Source of the DNA: Fimbriimonadia bacterium
Lineage (GTDB): Bacteria > Armatimonadota > Fimbriimonadia > Fimbriimonadales > JABRVX01
DNA length: 64,000 bases
Assembly: GCA_041483895.1 (NCBI GenBank)
Contig: JBGPGO010000007.1
Coordinates: 131,378-195,377, forward strand
Direction: 5' to 3'
Shown: positions 54,969 to 64,000 of the stretch, in pieces
Layout of the letters: each line of letters opens with the position of its first letter
How positions within the stretch are numbered: the first letter of the stretch is position 1
Program-made: the position numbers and the translations under genes
Notes under the pieces: model-generated
Databases searched by the model: none
Told to the model about the DNA's origin: nothing
The model's input: the letters and a program-made list of their open reading frames with translations, nothing else

Positions 54969-55793
54969 ATGTTGATGGAGAGTTGGCTTGCGGCATCGCT
55001 GCTCGGACTGATTCAAGGTCTCACAGAATTTCTTCCCGTCTCGAGCTCCGCTCACCTTATCCTCGCCCGTGACTATTTTCACTGGTCGCTCGGCAGTGAG
55101 AACCTCGATCTCACTTTCGACGTAATGCTGCATCTAGGCACTATGCTGGCGGTCGTCGCCTATTTTCGCAAAGACATCTGGCGATTGTTGACCGGCCTTT
55201 TCTCTTCCGATCCCGAACGGCGGCCGGACAAGAAGATGGCGATCTACATTCTTCTGGCCACCATTCCGGCGGGCCTTTTCGGCGCGCTGTTCGAGCAAAA
55301 GATCGAGGATTATTTCCGATCGCGCGTGCCGGTCATCCTGATTTTCCTCGCGGTCATGGGAATCGTTATGTGGCTTGCCGACCGGTATGGAAAGAAAGCC
55401 CGGGACGAAGAGAGTGTCGGATTCGGGGATGCCATGTTGATTGGCATTGCGCAGGCGGCCGCGTTGATGCCCGGCGTGTCTCGATCGGGTGGGACGATCA
55501 CGATGGGCCTCTTTCTGGGGTTGAACCGAGCATCCGCCGCGCGGTTCAGCTTTCTGCTGTCTACGCCCGCCGTTATTGGGGCGGGACTTTGGAAGCTGAA
55601 GGACCTGCGGGGTATGCAATTGCCGCCCGGCGCCGGCCTGAATATGGTGATCGGCGTGATCGTATCCGCGATCGTTGGCTTTGCCACCATCGCGTTGCTT
55701 CTCCGGTTCCTGCGGGAGCGGACAGTGCTTGTCTTCACCGTCTACCGGGTCCTACTAGCCGTGGTCCTGTATTTTGCCTTGGTTGCTAGATAA
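54969..55793 (+). CDS. uppP: Undecaprenyl-diphosphate phosphatase
   Basis: LGLIQGLTEFLPVSSSAHLIL and ...PGVSRSGGTI... are BacA/UppP motifs. The start (ATG 54969 or 54975) is uncertain by 2 codons. Confidence 0.9.
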   Translation: MLMESWLAASLLGLIQGLTEFLPVSSSAHLILARDYFHWSLGSENLDLTFDVMLHLGTMLAVVAYFRKDIWRLLTGLFSSDPERRPDKKMAIYILLATIPAGLFGALFEQKIEDYFRSRVPVILIFLAVMGIVMWLADRYGKKARDEESVGFGDAMLIGIAQAAALMPGVSRSGGTITMGLFLGLNRASAARFSFLLSTPAVIGAGLWKLKDLRGMQLPPGAGLNMVIGVIVSAIVGFATIALLLRFLRERTVLVFTVYRVLLAVVLYFALVAR

Positions 55794-55821
55794 TCGCCCA
55801 GCGGGTTATAATATTAGAAGT

Positions 55822-56097
55822 ATGAAAAGTTACGATGAGGTAGTGGCGGCGGCTCGTAGCCTGCCGAAGGCCGATCAAGCAAGACTCTTGCGTGAACTGC
55901 AGGTTGAGTTGCACAATGAATCGGTTAGTCGCCGTGGCGGCCTTACAACCGACCATCCTCGAACACCCGAGCTGCAGGTCAATCCTAGGGCAAGTTGGCT
56001 GGATTACATGGGCATTGCACCATACCCCTTGGTAGGGATGGACGCGCAGGAATGGGTCACGAAACTGCGTGAAGAATCTGATCGAACCATTCCGTAA
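55822..56097 (+). CDS. Putative type II antitoxin (addiction-module-component-like)
   Basis: 91 aa. The N-terminus (EVVAAARSLPKADQARLLRELQVEL) resembles short antitoxin modules. The stop overlaps the downstream PIN-domain ATG (TAATG). Confidence 0.5.
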   Translation: MKSYDEVVAAARSLPKADQARLLRELQVELHNESVSRRGGLTTDHPRTPELQVNPRASWLDYMGIAPYPLVGMDAQEWVTKLREESDRTIP

Positions 56098-56537
56098 TGC
56101 AACCCTCCATGTTTGATGGCATCGATTCCATTTTGATAGACACCGCGCCTGTGACATACCTCATCGAAAGACATCCCACATACGAGGCGCTGGTAGCTGC
56201 GCTTTTTGCGTAGTTGGAGCAACGAGACATCCGTCACATTACGACACCCATCACATTGTATGAGTGCATTCGCGGGGTCGTTTCACAGGCCATTGAAAGC
56301 GAATTCGTCGCATTGTTGACTGACGGGCCGCAGACAGTCTTCACAGCAATTGATGTGGTTACATCTCTCAATGGGGCGAAGTTAGGCCAGAAGTATGGTT
56401 TGCGATTGCCCGATGCGATGCAAGCGGCTATCGCCATGGATACCGGCTGTCAAGCTATTCTGACGAACGATAAGGAGTTTAGGAAACTGCCCATGATCAA
56501 GTCTTTCGTTCTTGATGAACTGATGCAAAATCCTTAG
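56097..56537 (+). pseudogene. vapC: PIN-domain (VapC-like) toxin gene interrupted by an in-frame TAG at codon 39
   Basis: Conceptual translation is MQPSMFDGIDSILIDTAPVTYLIERHPTYEALVAALFA*LEQRDIRHITTPITLYE...LRLPDAMQAAIAMDTGCQAILTNDKEF. PIN motifs lie on both sides of the TAG (56211-56213) in the same frame. Confidence 0.7.
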
Positions 56538-57904
56538 TCCTGCCTTAATTCACGGAGCAAGCTGGGCGCGGCGTGGGGTGGTGGATTGTTCAGGCCCTTG
56601 AACTCCTCCTCAAACACGCCCCACAGATTGTCCTTGATGATATAGCTGGCATCGAAGACGCTGATGCCAAGGGTATTCTCGCGCGCCGCCCGGATCGCTT
56701 TGCGGAGCTGATCGGGAGTCTTGTAGTCGTTTAGGTAGATCGTCCCGTAGATAAACGCCGATGCTCCGGCCACTTCGACGGCTCGCTGACAGGCCCCGGC
56801 AACCGTCTGCAGCTTGTTGTCCGGCTGCTCGTATGGCTCGGCGGAGGAATAATATGCGCCGACGCAAAGAAAGTCCAAGAAATCGGCCTCGCCGGTAAAT
56901 CGCATCTCCGGTTCGGCATTCGGATACTGGACGGGTAGCAGGTCGCTCGCCCAGTTCACACCGACACTCTCATACTTATCATACCAAGCCCCGACATAAC
57001 ATCCGACGGGCACAGAGCTTCCGGCAGCGTACAGTTCTTGCCGGAGATCGCCGACAAAATCGCGGATGATGGAGGTTCGCAGAAGCTGATATTCCGGCCA
57101 GCGCGGACCCCGCCGTGGTGGTTCGCCATGCTTCAGCGGTGGGAGCAGAATGCTGCCCGGCCAGAACCCCGGCTCGCCAAATCTCCCGGTAAACGCCTGG
57201 TGCATCTCCGCGCTAAAGTCGCCACCAATGCCTTCGAAGCGAAGGCGGTCGTCCATCACCAGCCCATCCACGGGGTAGTTCTTCGCGACCTCAATCATAA
57301 TCGCCATCTCGCGCTTGCGGACGGCTTCATTAAGTGGATTCACGAAGAGAGGAATATTGCGCTTCGGCTGCTTGAGAACCGATTCAAGCTCTAGCCGGGC
57401 TACGCCATCTGTCCAATACGGAACCGCGACGATGGAAGCCCATTCCGGGTGATTCCAAATGTCGCCCGCACGATCGAATGACGAATGGCCCTCGCTGAAG
57501 ATGGCGAAGTTGGCGAGGCAGCGCAAGCCAACTGCGTGCGCCTCTCTTACCATCGTACCCAGGACGTCCATCCCCGCCGGCATCTGGATGCCCTTCCACG
57601 TGGTCATCTGTGTCGCGATGGCCGACGGATAGAGCGTATAGCCGACAATCGGCTTCGCGTCGATGATTACCTCGTTGAATCCCGCCTTTTTGGCATTGGC
57701 GCAGAATTCCTTGATTTTCTCCGGGTACACCAGCCAATACCAGTTCGCGGAAGCGTCGACCCAAATTTGGCGAGCCTCAAGACCGATTTTCTTGGCGCGC
57801 TGAAAAAGGGCGGGAGGCCCCTGTGAAAAACACTGGGTACCGACGAGCGCAGCCAGCGCCGACAAACCTAACGAGTACAGCCTGATGATGACCCTTCCCC
57901 ACAT
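56534..57904 (-). CDS. Glycosyl-hydrolase-like 10 (GHL10 / YngK / DUF187-like) secreted protein
   Basis: Signal peptide MWGRVIIRLYSLGLSALAALVGTQCFSQ. WVDASANWY...AKKAGFNEVIIDAKPIVGYTLYPS...REAHAVGLR follow a GHL10-type TIM-barrel pattern. Confidence 0.55.
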   Translation of the reverse strand: MWGRVIIRLYSLGLSALAALVGTQCFSQGPPALFQRAKKIGLEARQIWVDASANWYWLVYPEKIKEFCANAKKAGFNEVIIDAKPIVGYTLYPSAIATQMTTWKGIQMPAGMDVLGTMVREAHAVGLRCLANFAIFSEGHSSFDRAGDIWNHPEWASIVAVPYWTDGVARLELESVLKQPKRNIPLFVNPLNEAVRKREMAIMIEVAKNYPVDGLVMDDRLRFEGIGGDFSAEMHQAFTGRFGEPGFWPGSILLPPLKHGEPPRRGPRWPEYQLLRTSIIRDFVGDLRQELYAAGSSVPVGCYVGAWYDKYESVGVNWASDLLPVQYPNAEPEMRFTGEADFLDFLCVGAYYSSAEPYEQPDNKLQTVAGACQRAVEVAGASAFIYGTIYLNDYKTPDQLRKAIRAARENTLGISVFDASYIIKDNLWGVFEEEFKGLNNPPPHAAPSLLRELRQD

Positions 57905-58394
57905 TCTGTCTGGAGCCGCAATCGGCCGCCGGGTCCGACCGACCTGGATCGCGTGCATCGCCGCTTACTCCAGCCACTTCATTTTGGACCATTATCCGCA
58001 TCTGGAACCACTGCGCGAGTGGCCTATGTGGCAACGAACGCTATTTGGCTATTCGGATGCCGCCATAGCCATCATCATGCTTGCTCTGGTTATCCGATGG
58101 AATCGGGAGCGATGGCTGCCCATTGTTCTCTGTGCTTTTCTGGCCGATTGGCCGGACATTATGCGCTCCATTCCCGTCGTGTCTCCGTGGCTTATCGAAA
58201 TGCCGATATGGAAGCAGATGAACGACTTTCACAACAGCTTCCACGCGCAGACCGTATGCGCGACATGGTACACGGGACTCTGGGGACAGGTGTTGGTGAT
58301 ATGGATCTCCATGTGGCTATTGCGGCCCAAATCGAGGGATTCGCACCCTCAGCTCTTAGCGGTGGCGAAGCGTTCGACCGGAGATGGAACCTAG
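57885..58394 (+). CDS. Small polytopic membrane protein, possibly YdjM/DUF457-like metal-dependent hydrolase
   Basis: Four hydrophobic segments and a His-rich N-terminal pattern (PHILSG...SSHFILDHYPH). The assignment is weak. The 5' end overlaps the divergent upstream gene start by ~20 nt. Confidence 0.35.
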   Translation: MMTLPHILSGAAIGRRVRPTWIACIAAYSSHFILDHYPHLEPLREWPMWQRTLFGYSDAAIAIIMLALVIRWNRERWLPIVLCAFLADWPDIMRSIPVVSPWLIEMPIWKQMNDFHNSFHAQTVCATWYTGLWGQVLVIWISMWLLRPKSRDSHPQLLAVAKRSTGDGT

Positions 58395-61367
58395 CTGGCT
58401 CCGGCGCACAAATGCCGGCGCTTCGGCAAAGTCCGCCGAAACGTTAACTGTCACCGCAAGGGCGTCCGCAACCGTCCAATCCGCGGTAAGATTGCCGGCC
58501 GCCTCGACGATCGCCGCATCGCACTTCGATTTGAAGTCGTCGAAATATGTTTTGAGGAGCGCCATCGCCTTCTTGTCTCCCAGCAGCGGCGAGCCTTTTT
58601 TCGTGGCAAAATTGAACAGTTGCGCCGCCGTCTCGGCATTCCCCTTGAGCCACTCCGCCGCCGCGACGATGGCGACCTTCCGATATCGCCACGGACCCAA
58701 GTGCAGCCACTCCAGATCGCCGGGGATTCCCGACATCATCGATAGGGCGTCGTTCGGCCGTCCGCGGGCCAAGGCGACGTAGGAGCATGCGAACAGATAC
58801 GGTAGGCGAATGATCAGGGTTTCCGAATTTGCCAGCCACCGATAGGCTTTCTGGCAATGGGACTCGGCCAGCTCGACATTTTCTTGCAGCAGAGCCAATT
58901 CCGCGGCGCGTGAATAGGAGGAGCACGCCACGACGGCATCTTCCATCTCCTCCCCCATCGCGATCGCTTGCATGCACCATTCCGAAGACCGATCGTAGTT
59001 CCCCAAGATCATCTCGCAATCCACATACAGGTTGAGCGCCCAGTAGGCCACAGCCTGGTCCAGCTCCTCTATATCCGAAAGGTCGGTGTTGTCCAGGATT
59101 CGCTTGGCGTCTCTGGCATCCCCGCGAAGCAGCGACAGTTCCGCCATGCGAACCTGCGCTGCCGCAACGACACTGGCATCGCCGCACGACTTGGCGGCCT
59201 CGACCGCAATCCGCATGGATTCAACTGCCTCATCGATGCGGTTCTCCTCGGCATGAAACAGGCTTTCGTAATGCTTGTGTTGGAAGACCAGCAATGCTTC
59301 CCCGGTTTCTTCCGCCATGGCCGCAACTTCGCCGAGCAAGGAGAGCCGAAGGTCCGGTAGGAGCACGGAACCGACGGTCAGATAGGCAGAGGTTCTCCAG
59401 TTCTGAGCCAGCTCTCTCAGCAAGGCCAGGGCCTCCTCGATCGCCGCCCCAGCCTGATCTTCCTTGATATGAGTAGTCAGGCACAGAGCGCCGTACATGA
59501 ACAGGCAATGCGCTGTGTCCTCCGGTGGGCGATGGGTTCGAATCTTATCTAGATTTTCTTCCAACATCTTCCGGCTTTCGCTTAGCGGGAACGGAAGGTG
59601 GGGCAATCGGAGCTTCATGACTGCCGCAATGTAGTCCGCGATGAGCTTATCATCGTCCAATTCGAAGGCATACCGGCCGGCTGCCCGAATCTGGTCGGCG
59701 GCCCGGACCAACTTCTTCACGCCGCTTACCGTCAACCCGTCGAGTTCTCTGCCACAGATTTGCTCGATCAGATTCGTAAAGTACATGATATGCCGGCGCT
59801 TGAGCTCTTGGACCCGCTCATGGTCCTTTACTTTTCCCAGACCGTATTCCCGCAGGCTTTCCAACATGCTAAACCGCACTTCGCCGCCCAACTCCACTGT
59901 CCTCACCAGCGACTTATCGCGCAGCGCCGCCAGATCTTCCAGGATCTGATCGCACCCGGTAACCGCCTTGGCGGCTTCGATGGAGAAGGGTCCGTCCAGG
60001 ACGCTCAGCTCGCGAAAGTTGAGCTGCTGCGATTCCGTGAGACCATCGTAACTCCAATCGATGGCTGCCATCAGCGAGCGCTGCCGTTCCTCGACATCGC
60101 GGGCGCCGGTCGCCAAGAGGGCAAATCGGTCGTCGAGCCGCTCCAATATCTGCTTCGGCGTGAAAATTCGGGCTTGGGCGGCGGCAAGTTCGACGGCAAG
60201 GGGCAGACAATCGAGGCGGCGGCAGATCTCCTCGACAGTCCATCGCTGGTCGGCGCCGAGGCTGTAGGACGGCCGGGAGCGTTGGGCGGTGGCTTCGAAC
60301 AGGCGTACAGCATCGACCGTGTTGAGAACATCGACAACGTATTCATGTTCGCCCGTCAATTGAAGCAGTTCCCTGCTGGTCACGACCTGCTTGATCCCTT
60401 GGCAGCTTCGCATCAAGGCGGCAACCAGAGATGCCGTGGCCATCTGGTGCTCGAAGTTATCCCAGATGAGGAGCGATTCTTTGCCACATAGCCGTTCTGC
60501 CAAGGCTTCCACCGGATCACCCTCCGGAGCGCTCATGTGCATCGCCGCCATCGCGCGGGCGGCCAGTTCGGCGTTACCGGCATTTGGGGGAATGTGCGAT
60601 AGTGATACCCACCAAACACCGTGTTGGAAATGGGGCAGAACATCTTCCGCCGCTCGGGCGGCCAACCGGCTCTTGCCAACGCCCCCCGGTCCGGTGAGAG
60701 TAATTATGGGGGTTTCCGGTTTTCGGATCAGCTTCGCCAATCGCTCCACGTCTTCATCGCGACCGAGAAAAGTCGTCACGTCAACCGGTAGGTTGTTCGG
60801 TTGGACTTCCGGCGTGCGAAGCGGGGGGAAATCCAGAGGCTCTCCGGCCGTCTCCAATTGAAAGATGCGTTGCGCCTCGGCAACTCCAGGCAGCCGGTGC
60901 CTGCCCAAATCGCGCAATCGCCACCCGCTTGTTGTGTCCAGCAAGTTGGCGGTCGTATCGGAGACAAGGACTTGACCACCGTGGCCGGCCATCACCATCC
61001 GGGCCAATCGATTGACCGGAGGACCGTAGTAGTCGTTCGCTTCCGGAGTAAGAAAGCCGCTGTTGAGCGCCATTCGCACCCGGATCGGTTCCGGCGTGGG
61101 CCATTCGATACCCGCCAACTGCGCTTGAATCGTGGCTGCCGCCCGGGCCGCCGACTCGGGGCTGGAAAATGCCGCGAAGCAGCTATCGCCCCCGGTTTTT
61201 ACGATCTGTCCGTGTTCCCGTTCGATGACGGTCCGGAGAAGATCATCGTGAATAGACACCGCCTGCCGCATCGAGCCCAGGTATCTTTCCCACTTTTCGG
61301 TGCTGGCCTCAATATCGGTCATTAGCAAGGTTACGGTGCCGGTAGGTAAAGGTGATTGCACAGTCAA
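58356..61367 (-). CDS. Class III adenylate/guanylate cyclase domain + STAND (NB-ARC-like) P-loop NTPase + TPR-like C-terminal repeats
   Basis: N-terminus VTLLMTDIEASTEKWE...IVKTGGDSCFAAF...YYGPPVNRLARM carries the cyclase catalytic motifs. P-loop ITLTGPGGVGKSRLA. About 500 aa of helical repeats follow. Size is 1003 aa. Confidence 0.8.
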   Translation of the reverse strand: MTVQSPLPTGTVTLLMTDIEASTEKWERYLGSMRQAVSIHDDLLRTVIEREHGQIVKTGGDSCFAAFSSPESAARAAATIQAQLAGIEWPTPEPIRVRMALNSGFLTPEANDYYGPPVNRLARMVMAGHGGQVLVSDTTANLLDTTSGWRLRDLGRHRLPGVAEAQRIFQLETAGEPLDFPPLRTPEVQPNNLPVDVTTFLGRDEDVERLAKLIRKPETPIITLTGPGGVGKSRLAARAAEDVLPHFQHGVWWVSLSHIPPNAGNAELAARAMAAMHMSAPEGDPVEALAERLCGKESLLIWDNFEHQMATASLVAALMRSCQGIKQVVTSRELLQLTGEHEYVVDVLNTVDAVRLFEATAQRSRPSYSLGADQRWTVEEICRRLDCLPLAVELAAAQARIFTPKQILERLDDRFALLATGARDVEERQRSLMAAIDWSYDGLTESQQLNFRELSVLDGPFSIEAAKAVTGCDQILEDLAALRDKSLVRTVELGGEVRFSMLESLREYGLGKVKDHERVQELKRRHIMYFTNLIEQICGRELDGLTVSGVKKLVRAADQIRAAGRYAFELDDDKLIADYIAAVMKLRLPHLPFPLSESRKMLEENLDKIRTHRPPEDTAHCLFMYGALCLTTHIKEDQAGAAIEEALALLRELAQNWRTSAYLTVGSVLLPDLRLSLLGEVAAMAEETGEALLVFQHKHYESLFHAEENRIDEAVESMRIAVEAAKSCGDASVVAAAQVRMAELSLLRGDARDAKRILDNTDLSDIEELDQAVAYWALNLYVDCEMILGNYDRSSEWCMQAIAMGEEMEDAVVACSSYSRAAELALLQENVELAESHCQKAYRWLANSETLIIRLPYLFACSYVALARGRPNDALSMMSGIPGDLEWLHLGPWRYRKVAIVAAAEWLKGNAETAAQLFNFATKKGSPLLGDKKAMALLKTYFDDFKSKCDAAIVEAAGNLTADWTVADALAVTVNVSADFAEAPAFVRRSQLGSISGRTLRHR

Positions 61368-61554
61368 GTCAGTTTACCGCTCCGGCAGCCTGGCGGTTGC
61401 GACGGAACTTGGAACCTTTTAAGCCCGTTCACCATCATTACGAGTAGCAAAAACAGTCGCTCCGGGATATATTGGAGATGGCGAGCATATTCAGTGATTT
61501 AGACGAAGTGCACTGGCCCTATCTTTGCAGGGAGAGACCAGGAGGTTTCGCGAC

Positions 61555-63198
61555 ATGCGAATTCGAGCAGCAATTCTAGGTATTCTTGCTAGCGCCTTTG
61601 CCGTTGCGTCTGCTCAAACAACTATCCGAACGGTCTTTGGACCAAGCATTCAGGAGGTTGTGCCGGGTGAGATTCTGATCAAGTTTCGGCCCGGAGTGAC
61701 CTCACTCGACCAGAGCCGTTTGGCAGCCCAGCTCGGCGGGACCATTAGACCCTCCATTGGCGGCAACGGCTTTCAGAAGATCCTCCTCTCGAAGTTTGCC
61801 AACGTCGTAGGATTGGCCGATTATCTGAAGACATTGCCGGGAGTTGAAGTGGCAGAGACCAACGGCTATGTGTACGCAGCCTCGAATCCTAACGATCAGT
61901 ACTATCCTCAGCAATGGAACCTGCCAAAAATCAATTGGCCGACCGCCTATGCACAATATTGGGGGAAGTCCACCGTAATTATCGCCAGCGTCGACACGGG
62001 TGTTAATCCCAATCAGGAAGACCTGGTCGGCAAAGTACTGGCTGGGCGCGACTTCGTAAACAACGACGACAATCCGATGGATGACAACGGGCACGGGACA
62101 TTTGGCGCCGGCATTGCCGCCGCTTGGACGAACAATATGGTTGGCATTGCGGGGACCGCGCCCGGCGTGACTATTTTGGCTGTCAAGGTCTTGAACTCGG
62201 CCGGCCAGGGCACCTGGGAGAACCTGGCGGCAGGGATCGACTATGCTGTTGCCCACGGAGCGCAAATCATTAATATGAGCTTAGCCGGAGCGGGAGGCAA
62301 GGCCATCACTCAGACGGCGGTGGAAAACGCGGCCAATGCCGGTTGTATTCTGTCGGTCGCGGCCGGCAACGGGGGATCAACGACTCCGCAATACCCTGCC
62401 GCCTACGAGCAATGCATTGCCGTGGGAGGCACCGACCAGAACGATGCCCGATGGTCCGGTTCCAACTACAACGCGGGGATGAGTCAATGGGTTGACGTCG
62501 CCGCCCCTTCGGTAACCATTTGGGGCTGCCAATTGACGAACAACTATAACGCCGGCAACGGAACATCATACGCAACGCCGCAGGTGTCGGCGGAAGCCGC
62601 GCTACTTTACTCCGCGCTTACCGAGCCGAACCCGCAAACGCCGCGTTCGACATCCATTGCAGCACAGGTGAGGCAGATCATTGAAGCCAATGTGGTGGAT
62701 GTTGGGGCGTGGGTGATTAAGGGCCGCATCAATTTGGGCGCAGCGGTGAGTTCCGTTGTGAAAGTATGGCTGACCGGCACCGTGACGTTGGACAATCATG
62801 TCGCTCCCCAGACGATTCCAGTGACGGTCCAGGTGCTGCAACCGGGGACCGGCACAGTGGTGGAAACCGAGGTTTTCAACACAAACCCTGCGGGAAATTT
62901 TCAGGTGGCACTCAAGTTCACCGGTCTCAAAGACTTGCGATTTTCCTCAGGGGCGCAGTTCTTGGCGAGACGGTTGAACGGAGCGGCGCTGAATAGCTTT
63001 TCGCCGACGTTTGTCGATATCGAATTGCCCAACGGCGACGTGACGCACAACGGAGCCGTTGATACGTTTGACCTGAACAATGTGTTTATGGAATTTGGAA
63101 ATTCAGGCACCGATGCGGACCTCAATGGCGACGGAGTAGTGGACCTCAGGGACCTGACAAATGTATTTCTGTTCTATGGACTGACGGCGGACAGTTAG
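61555..63198 (+). CDS. Secreted subtilisin-like (S8) serine protease with C-terminal beta-sandwich + dockerin-like module
   Basis: ATG 61555 follows AGGAGG. Signal peptide MRIRAAILGILASAFAVASAQ. Catalytic triad contexts are VASVDTGV, GHGTFGAGIAAA and GTSYATPQVS. C-terminus is ...VDTFDLNNVFMEFG...DLNGDGVVDLRDLTNVF. Confidence 0.88.
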   Translation: MRIRAAILGILASAFAVASAQTTIRTVFGPSIQEVVPGEILIKFRPGVTSLDQSRLAAQLGGTIRPSIGGNGFQKILLSKFANVVGLADYLKTLPGVEVAETNGYVYAASNPNDQYYPQQWNLPKINWPTAYAQYWGKSTVIIASVDTGVNPNQEDLVGKVLAGRDFVNNDDNPMDDNGHGTFGAGIAAAWTNNMVGIAGTAPGVTILAVKVLNSAGQGTWENLAAGIDYAVAHGAQIINMSLAGAGGKAITQTAVENAANAGCILSVAAGNGGSTTPQYPAAYEQCIAVGGTDQNDARWSGSNYNAGMSQWVDVAAPSVTIWGCQLTNNYNAGNGTSYATPQVSAEAALLYSALTEPNPQTPRSTSIAAQVRQIIEANVVDVGAWVIKGRINLGAAVSSVVKVWLTGTVTLDNHVAPQTIPVTVQVLQPGTGTVVETEVFNTNPAGNFQVALKFTGLKDLRFSSGAQFLARRLNGAALNSFSPTFVDIELPNGDVTHNGAVDTFDLNNVFMEFGNSGTDADLNGDGVVDLRDLTNVFLFYGLTADS

Positions 63199-63200
63199 GT

Positions 63201-63302
63201 CGGGTAGCCGCAGGCTTTAGCCTGCTCTGAGATTTGGTCAGGTCGCCGCAGGCTTTAGCCTGCGCCTCGATTCGGACGCAAGCTAAAGCTTGCGGCTACC
63301 GG
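63201..63302. repeat. Cluster of three REP-like hairpins, family C (GCCGCAGGC-TTTA-GCCTGC), two direct and one inverted
   Basis: Copies at 63201-63225 and 63241-63264 are direct. The copy at 63277-63302 is inverted and carries paired G->A and C->T changes that keep its own hairpin (GCAAGC-taaa-GCTTGC). The cluster starts 3 nt after the S8 protease stop. Confidence 0.85.
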
Positions 63303-63511
63303 GCGAAGGTAGAATCGGTTTATGGCCACCCTGCGGCGTTTGTGATTTGCCCTAGGTGTTCGGAGCCGACAACAATATCTAGGGGGCCGTTCTCGGGTCG
63401 TACAATGGAGCCTCACGGCTCTCGCGGCGGACCGGACGCCACCAATTTATGTTCGGGGTTCCTGAACATCGGCGGTACACGGCGGTTGCGGGGTGGTATT
63501 CTATTTATGTT

Positions 63512-64000
63512 ATGAGTCGAATTACATGGTTAGCGATAGGGATTGGCGCGGTTGCTGGGGGCGCCTGGACGGCTTGGCGCGTCGGGAATACTTCCACGCC
63601 TGCAGGCGGCGACACTATCGATCAGATCATGGCGGCAGCGGAATTGGTCGTGCTGGATCCGAAATACACGGAACTGGATGTCAATGAGAAACCGGTTCCG
63701 TTGGCGCTAAAGCGAAAAGTGCTTGCCGACAATGCAAAAGTATTCGAAAAGGTTCGATCAGCCCTCCAAAATCCGACCTTTCGAACGAATCGCGATGAAA
63801 CAGACGTTCCCAAATTTGCCGCCGTACGCGAATTTGCCCGCCTGGTCGCCCGCAAGGAAGAGGTGGAGATCGAGGAGGGCAACGATCATGGCGCGATCGA
63901 AACACTTGCATTTGGGCTTCATCTTGCCAACGCAATGGAACGGGGCGCTCTTATTTCCGGCCTTGTTGGCATGGCGATTGAGTCGATCGTTTTGAAACCG
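63512..64000 (+). CDS. Membrane-anchored protein of unknown function (3' end outside window)
   Basis: The frame from ATG 63512 stays open to the window end (163 codons), so it is absent from the ORF track. N-terminal TM helix ITWLAIGIGAVAGGAWTAW. No family recognised. Confidence 0.5.
   Translation, partial: MSRITWLAIGIGAVAGGAWTAWRVGNTSTPAGGDTIDQIMAAAELVVLDPKYTELDVNEKPVPLALKRKVLADNAKVFEKVRSALQNPTFRTNRDETDVPKFAAVREFARLVARKEEVEIEEGNDHGAIETLAFGLHLANAMERGALISGLVGMAIESIVLKP

Noticed and set aside
57885-57958. Head-to-head overlap of the GHL10-like gene and the small membrane protein gene
   Set aside because: The overlap depends on start-codon choice. Using the internal ATG at 57904 (a good signal peptide) reduces it to ~20 nt. 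It is probably an annotation ambiguity rather than biology.
63234-63515. 93-aa ORF (MVRSPQALACASIRTQAKACGYRAK...)
   Set aside because: Its 5' half is a direct translation of the REP-like hairpin cluster. This is a characteristic artefact.

Overview
GC-rich bacterial chromosomal segment with about 50 densely packed genes. There are no rRNA or tRNA genes, no CRISPR array, and no transposase or integrase. The gene content (a DUF1559-type pseudopilin, orphan dockerin-like tails on secreted enzymes, a MoxR/vWA/DUF4175/DUF4159 operon) suggests an Armatimonadota- or PVC-like diderm. That taxonomic placement is inference only.

Gene content in order:
- feoB (5'-truncated by the window edge), a Cys-rich ORF and feoA.
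- An AhpD-like gene and mobA.
- A Dnr/NnrR-type Crp regulator, an NnrS-like protein and NarK.
- A glycan locus: GH144-like, ABC permease, SBP-permease fusion and GH94 phosphorylase.
- A secreted tandem-domain protein, a pseudopilin and LacI.
- A roughly 12-kb translationally coupled MoxR / 3x vWA / DUF4175-like / DUF4159-like operon, extended by a tetrahaem lipoprotein and a periplasmic WCGPC thioredoxin.
- A convergent 818-aa HEAT/TSP3 lipoprotein.
- leuB-leuA-leuC-leuD behind a leader-peptide attenuator.
- GT2, an FAD oxidoreductase and a redoxin.
- An LptD-like protein, a dockerin-tailed alpha-galactosidase-like enzyme and a GH106-like enzyme.
- PhyH, an isolated trpA and Fic.
- dCMP deaminase, a WecA-like transferase, wecB, an AI-2E transporter and uppP.
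- A VapB-like gene and a vapC carrying an in-frame TAG.
- A GHL10-like protein, a cyclase-STAND-TPR protein, a dockerin-tailed S8 protease and a 3'-truncated membrane ORF.

Best candidate for an undescribed system: the extended MoxR-vWA operon (17.5-29.7 kb), which is wired to a multihaem cytochrome and a thioredoxin.

Other notable signals:
- A Leu-codon leader/attenuator upstream of leuB.
- A C-terminal beta-sandwich plus dockerin-like module shared by three unrelated secreted proteins.
- A tandemly duplicated domain I could not recognise.
- Three families of palindromic REP/MITE-like elements, one of which is read through by leuB.
- Recurrent promoter geometry that implies leaderless mRNAs.

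All family assignments rest on motif recognition by eye. No database searches or folding calculations were run.
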